From the NCBI GenBank assembly GCA_002762705.1, contig PCVE01000124.1:1-38443 (forward strand): 38,443 nt of DNA, read 5' to 3'. Positions 34,708 to 38,443 of this stretch are shown here, one piece after another (positions within the stretch are counted from its first letter, which is position 1; the number at the start of each line of letters is the position of its first letter). The translations under genes were made by a program, and so were the position numbers. A model generated the notes under the pieces. The model worked only from the letters and a program-made list of their open reading frames with translations, ran no database searches and had not been told where the DNA came from. The stretch comes from Candidatus Woesearchaeota archaeon CG11_big_fil_rev_8_21_14_0_20_43_8 (GTDB lineage: Archaea > Nanobdellota > Nanobdellia > Woesearchaeales > CG08-08-20-14).

Positions 34708-34947
34708 TCAACGCCTGTGCTTCTGGAAACAGTCTCTGCAGTACACTGGCTTGCCTTCTGTTGGCTTGAAAGGGACTTCGCATTCTTTATTGCATTCTGC
34801 GCAGATAGCTTTATGCATTTCCCTTGGGCCACTGTTGAAACCGCCGCCACGACCGCCACCGAAACCGCCACTATGGCCGCCATCACGACCGCCACTTCTA
34901 TTGTTGAAACCGCCACGGTTTCCACGCCTGTCATTATCTTCTCTCAT
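34708..34947 (-). CDS. RGG-rich protein with a C-terminal CxxC-x17-CxxC zinc ribbon
   Basis: The ATG is preceded by GAGGAG. The N-terminal half is Arg/Gly-rich (GNRGGFNNRSGGRDGGHSGGFGGGRGGGF). The C-terminus is CAEC-x17-CRDC with the conserved EVPFKP...KPVYC core. Confidence 0.65.
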   Translation of the reverse strand: MREDNDRRGNRGGFNNRSGGRDGGHSGGFGGGRGGGFNSGPREMHKAICAECNKECEVPFKPTEGKPVYCRDCFQKHRR

Positions 34948-34986
34948 TTTCGCTCCTCGTTAATTTCTATTAACAATGTGCCAATC

Positions 34987-35014
34987 TAAAAAACACATGC
35001 AACCGAATCGTTGC
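34987..35014 (-). terminator. hairpin plus U6 tract (terminator or attenuator)
   Basis: The minus strand reads GCAAC-GAUUCG-GUUGC, then AUGUG, then UUUUUU. It lies downstream of the tRNA and ~40 nt upstream of the RGG-protein ATG. A second hairpin, CGUGacGGUC-UUUU-GGACCACG (35014-35035), is adjacent. Confidence 0.35.
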
Positions 35015-35141
35015 GTGGTCCAAAAGACCGTCACGCCATTAAGTATTAATCGTTACTACTTAAAACTTTTGCTGCGCCGACTGTGATACAGCCACTTTGA
35101 ACGCTCTTTATCCCGTCTGGCACAACATGAACTGGTTTTTA

Positions 35142-35233
35142 TGCGCCGGCCGGGATTCGAACCCGAATCAAAGGCTCACTTCACCATGCATAGGTTTGGA
35201 AGGCCTCTATCCTAGCCATTAGACTACCGGCGC
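35142..35233 (-). tRNA. tRNA-Gly(UCC) with a ~20-nt intron at the anticodon loop
   Basis: Minus strand: acceptor GCGCCGG/CCGGCGC with A73. The D arm is GUCU-AAUGGCUA-GGAU. The anticodon stem is GAGGC/GCCUU with loop CUUCCAA. About 20 extra nt (AACCUAUGCAUGGUGAAGUG) sit between the loop and the 3' half of the stem. The T arm is UCGGG-UUCGAAU-CCCGG. No CCA is encoded. Confidence 0.85.
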
Positions 35234-35257
35234 GTTCATCTGAGGATAATTCTGTCC

Positions 35258-35267
35258 CTTTAAATAG
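35258..35267 (-). promoter_or_regulatory. TATA box for tRNA-Gly
   Basis: Minus-strand CTATTTAAAG is centred ~28-30 nt upstream of the tRNA 5' end. Confidence 0.5.
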
Positions 35268-35295
35268 ATTGCGATTGAGCATACTAGAAAACCCA

Positions 35296-35697
35296 TCAAA
35301 TCCCGGCTATGACGTCCATCTCTACCCTGGCATCCATAGGCAACCGGGCGACCTGGACCGTCGATCTTGCGGGTCTTTCTGTGAAATAATCACCAAATAT
35401 CTCATTGACCCTTGGAAAATCAGCCATATCGACAAGATATACAGTCACTTTGATGACTTTTTCCAATGAAGTGCCGGCGGCTTCGAGCACTGCCTTGAGA
35501 TTCTCAAGCACCTGTACGGTCTGAGTCTCGATATCATCTCCGACAAGCTTTCCTGTCTTTGGATCAAGGGATATCTGGCCGGACGTGAACACAAAAGCAC
35601 CAGTCTTCTTCGCTTGAGAATAAGGGCCGATCGCCTGCGGTGCATCTAATGTATCGATTGTTTCCAGATCAATCACCTTTGATATAGTTCTTGACAT
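35296..35697 (-). CDS. ridA: RidA / YjgF / L-PSP family reactive-intermediate deaminase
   Basis: APQAIGPYSQA, FTSGQI, LENLKAVLEAAG, KVTVYL and PARSTVQVARLP are present. The ATG at 35697 overlaps the upstream gene's 3' end by 29 nt. Confidence 0.9.
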   Translation of the reverse strand: MSRTISKVIDLETIDTLDAPQAIGPYSQAKKTGAFVFTSGQISLDPKTGKLVGDDIETQTVQVLENLKAVLEAAGTSLEKVIKVTVYLVDMADFPRVNEIFGDYFTERPARSTVQVARLPMDARVEMDVIAGI

Positions 35698-37234
35698 ATC
35701 CAATCACTTCATCCCTTGCAGCTGCGATGAAACTCATCGTTCCGGCAAGCGCATGGCCGCCGCCGCCACACATCGCATGCGGAAGATCTTTCTTCACAGA
35801 CCTTATTATATCATTCACATCAAAGCCTTTGCTTCCGATCTTGAAATCTACGCTCCCTCGGAATGTCATCATTGTGTCAGCGACACCCAATACGACAATC
35901 TCTTTGCCTTTGAATCTCTTTTCCAAGAGATCGAATGATAATCTAGCCATCTTCGAAGAGCTGAAATAGTCACCACGCATGGTCGTGTCTGACACATTGA
36001 TCGTCCCAATGACAGAATTATCTGATTCATCTATAGAAAGATATTTCTCAGCGACAGGTATATTCATGTCCCATGTCTCTTCTACTCTTTCAAGCATCAC
36101 ATTGACAAATTCCTTCTGACGCTTCTTATCTGTGCAAAGGATCATATCGATGAATTCGCGCGCTTCAAAGAAACTGACATAATATGCATCATAATCAAAA
36201 CAGCGAACAAGTTTCACCAAAAAATCAAGGTCATAACCATCCTTCACTGCAATGGCGATATATTCGTCTTTCAATGATTTATCAGCATGATCCGCGATTC
36301 CAGCCAAAGCGCCTAGATGGTCGATGAAATCTACTTCCGGATTCAGCATCTTTCCTAGCTCAAGACCTAACATGCCAGCACAGGGAGTCGATCCATACCC
36401 GATCAATTGCGGGTTTATGTGCGCATCAAGAAAGTAATCGACTTTAGCCCCACCATCGACAATCGGACCAGGATTATGATGATCGACCACGACAACTTTG
36501 GCTCCGAACAGCTTGGCCTTCTTGATCGAAAGGAGATTCTCTTCTGAACTACCAAGATCCATCAATATAATCAATGGTGCGGGTCTTGAGAATCTTCCAG
36601 AATCAGTCAGAAAAAAAGCCACATCTTTTGTTGCATCGGAATAATCATAGAACGGTGTCCGCGACGGAGATCTTTTGAAATACTGCCATGCAGCCTTGTC
36701 AGATCCACGCCTGTTCGCGATGAGGGGCAATATGGCACGTTCGATTGAGAGCGCTGCACAGTAGCCATCGCAATCTGCATGATGCCTGATCAGGATAGGC
36801 CTCCCATCTATGATCGCTTTGTTTATTGTCTTTGCGACAGACACAAATCTTGAGCGCAAGCCTTCATATATCTCTGATTTGACCAAAAAAGAATCCCCTT
36901 GAGGCTGAGATTGCTGGTCTTGGTTCTTTTCTATCAGCTTCGATGCTGCTGATTTGTTCTTATCATCAAGCTTTGAATACGAATCCAAGATACATTCCAA
37001 ATCTCCATCTCTTACAGTCACCCTTATCTCTGCAGATATCAGATCACCTTCGAGGATCTCAGGATAAGCCCTTTTGCCGCGTTCTTTTGAGAATTTCACT
37101 GATTTTATTCCGGCAGTGCCATCATTCAATGTGAAGATAGTGGGGCCAGTGGATTGAAAGATAGAATCCACTTTACATAATATCTCAAAACGTTTTCCAA
37201 CATCCTCTCGTTTCAAATCTGCGAGCTTTTTCAT
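35669..37234 (-). CDS. archaeal RecJ-like DHH/DHHA1 nuclease with an N-terminal OB fold
   Basis: The DHH motifs are IRHHADCDGYCAAL (DxD), ILMDLGS and VVVVDHHNP (DHH). The DHHA1 motif GGGGHALAG is present. The N-terminal ~100 aa (FEILCKVDSIFQSTGPTIFTLNDGTA...) look OB-like. The track start at 37297 was trimmed to the ATG at 37234 (MKKLADL...), with TATA-like atttaaat upstream. Confidence 0.85.
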   Translation of the reverse strand: MKKLADLKREDVGKRFEILCKVDSIFQSTGPTIFTLNDGTAGIKSVKFSKERGKRAYPEILEGDLISAEIRVTVRDGDLECILDSYSKLDDKNKSAASKLIEKNQDQQSQPQGDSFLVKSEIYEGLRSRFVSVAKTINKAIIDGRPILIRHHADCDGYCAALSIERAILPLIANRRGSDKAAWQYFKRSPSRTPFYDYSDATKDVAFFLTDSGRFSRPAPLIILMDLGSSEENLLSIKKAKLFGAKVVVVDHHNPGPIVDGGAKVDYFLDAHINPQLIGYGSTPCAGMLGLELGKMLNPEVDFIDHLGALAGIADHADKSLKDEYIAIAVKDGYDLDFLVKLVRCFDYDAYYVSFFEAREFIDMILCTDKKRQKEFVNVMLERVEETWDMNIPVAEKYLSIDESDNSVIGTINVSDTTMRGDYFSSSKMARLSFDLLEKRFKGKEIVVLGVADTMMTFRGSVDFKIGSKGFDVNDIIRSVKKDLPHAMCGGGGHALAGTMSFIAAARDEVIGYVKNYIKGD

Positions 37235-37277
37235 AGTATGATATGATTGGATGTGATTATTTAAATCTATTGAACAA

Positions 37278-38443
37278 TCAATGAAAAAGAAATTCATTCA
37301 CAAAAGAAAAAAATCGTTTGATTAATGGGACATACAGCACCACTTTATCCTGGCACATGCGATCCACACATGCACTGCTCAGGCATTCAAAACCATCTTG
37401 GCATGATTCACCATTGTTTTTTTGATTGATGATATCTTTGATATTGCTGCAATATGATTTCACACCGATCTGATCTATCCTCTGACCGATAGAATAACAA
37501 TGCCCATCTATGTCTTCGCATCCGCTGCATTTTGTCTCAACAACCTGTTCTGGTTGCGCTGCCGGTTGTTCGATAGACACAGACGTTGTCTCCTTTATTT
37601 CTTGCTTGACTGGTTCTGTCGTCTTTGTCTCAGGAACTTTTACAATGGGATCACTTTTATCGACTACCGGGGCTTTGGTCTCTTCTTCAATGATCGTCGG
37701 GGATGACCTGCACCCAGAAGAAGAAGAGTCACAGCCATATTCACATTTCTCATATATCCATTTATTATTCACGCATTTTGTGGTATAATCACCATAACAT
37801 AAAGTTTTATCTGAACTGCACATCACAGCAGTCTCTACTTCTTCGCATGCCCCATTCTTGCATTCTCCGTTGCATTGAAATATCTTGTATATCGCTTTTC
37901 CATTCTCACAGATTGCTTCTGAGACTTTATTATGACTTTCACATACATCTTTTAGGGTACGTCCATCCTCATCCACAACAGTGGTCTGTATAGACAGGTT
38001 CTTTGAATCGGGATCCACACAAGTCGGCTCTTCGGCTATGATGCATCTTCCATCGATACATTTGTAATCACATCGCTTGTATTTCTCAGAGCCGATATTT
38101 TTTCTGCATACTCTCTCAAGCAACATCTCTCTTGGCTGGCATTCATCATAGAACTGTTTTCCCCATTCGTCTATTATATATGATTTTGTGAAGAAATCCT
38201 CACCATCCATATCGACGCAAGCGATCGGTTCGACAACTGGGGCATCTACACATTTCCCTTCTATGCATTTATAATCGCAATAGAATCTTTTCTCAGATAC
38301 ATACGCGCCTTCGCATCCCATTTCTACAAGCGTATGGTAATCAGCGCAATAATCATTATGCGTCGTGCCATTGACATCAGTGACATAAGAAGCAAGACCA
38401 TAATTGGATCCATCATTATCTGTGCATGTCGCACTTACAGAAA
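37278..38443 (-). CDS. modular Cys-rich extracellular protein, 5'-truncated by the window edge
   Basis: I translated codons upstream of the track Met (38321) by hand. The frame stays open to position 38443 (...SVSATCTDNDGSNYGLASYVTDVNGTTHNDYCADYHTLVE-MGCEG...). The protein has repeated ~60-aa modules ending C-x-Y/G-x-C-x2-G-x-C, then a P/E/T/K/V-rich linker and a final Cys-rich module. Confidence 0.65.
   Translation of the reverse strand, partial: SVSATCTDNDGSNYGLASYVTDVNGTTHNDYCADYHTLVEMGCEGAYVSEKRFYCDYKCIEGKCVDAPVVEPIACVDMDGEDFFTKSYIIDEWGKQFYDECQPREMLLERVCRKNIGSEKYKRCDYKCIDGRCIIAEEPTCVDPDSKNLSIQTTVVDEDGRTLKDVCESHNKVSEAICENGKAIYKIFQCNGECKNGACEEVETAVMCSSDKTLCYGDYTTKCVNNKWIYEKCEYGCDSSSSGCRSSPTIIEEETKAPVVDKSDPIVKVPETKTTEPVKQEIKETTSVSIEQPAAQPEQVVETKCSGCEDIDGHCYSIGQRIDQIGVKSYCSNIKDIINQKNNGESCQDGFECLSSACVDRMCQDKVVLYVPLIKRFFSFVNEFLFH

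Noticed and set aside
34581-34989. Three alternative ORFs (34581-34934 minus strand, 34717-34989 plus strand, 34751-34963 plus strand) overlapping the RGG-protein gene.
   Set aside because: They are frame-shifted or antisense readings of the GGN/CGN-rich repeat, giving A/V/T-rich or P-rich low-complexity translations. Only the 34708-34947 frame has a Shine-Dalgarno site plus a complete zinc-ribbon motif.

Overview
This window is a compact, gene-dense archaeal chromosome fragment. The archaeal markers are FEN1, an archaeal-type LeuRS, a presenilin-like GxGD protease, a ~275-nt SRP (7S) RNA, an intron-containing tRNA, TATA-box promoters and GGTG-type Shine-Dalgarno sites. The mix of nucleoside-salvage genes with many orphan Cys-rich secreted proteins suggests a small-genome DPANN-like archaeon; that is inference, not a database result.

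Recognisable housekeeping genes are adenosine deaminase, FEN1, TatD, a glyA-deoC operon, a PIG-L deacetylase plus GT4 glycosyltransferase pair, SMC, a COG2509-type FAD protein, a DUF47/PhoU-like protein, RNase HII, LeuRS, an HD hydrolase, RidA and an OB-fold RecJ-like DHH nuclease.

The items most worth a second look are:
1. A Trm5/Taw2-type tRNA methyltransferase with a ~245-aa xylose-isomerase/AP-endonuclease-2-like TIM-barrel domain nested inside its catalytic domain.
2. An ~8.5-kb island (2264-10725) of four orphan secreted or membrane-anchored Cys-rich proteins next to a divergent wHTH regulator, and a second modular Cys-rich surface protein at the right window edge.
3. A ~450-bp non-coding gap (27803-28251) with tandem CTCACACCCCAAA-type repeats facing inverted TTTGGG(T/C)-type copies.
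4. A radical-SAM, Ada-like zinc protein and small membrane protein cluster, convergent with a nucleoside-deoxyribosyltransferase-like gene.
5. A 53-aa protein made almost entirely of (A/V)VKKK repeats.

No CRISPR array, transposase or rRNA gene was seen. The ORF track uses TTG/GTG as starts, so several starts were re-set to an internal ATG supported by a signal peptide, a Shine-Dalgarno site or a TATA box.
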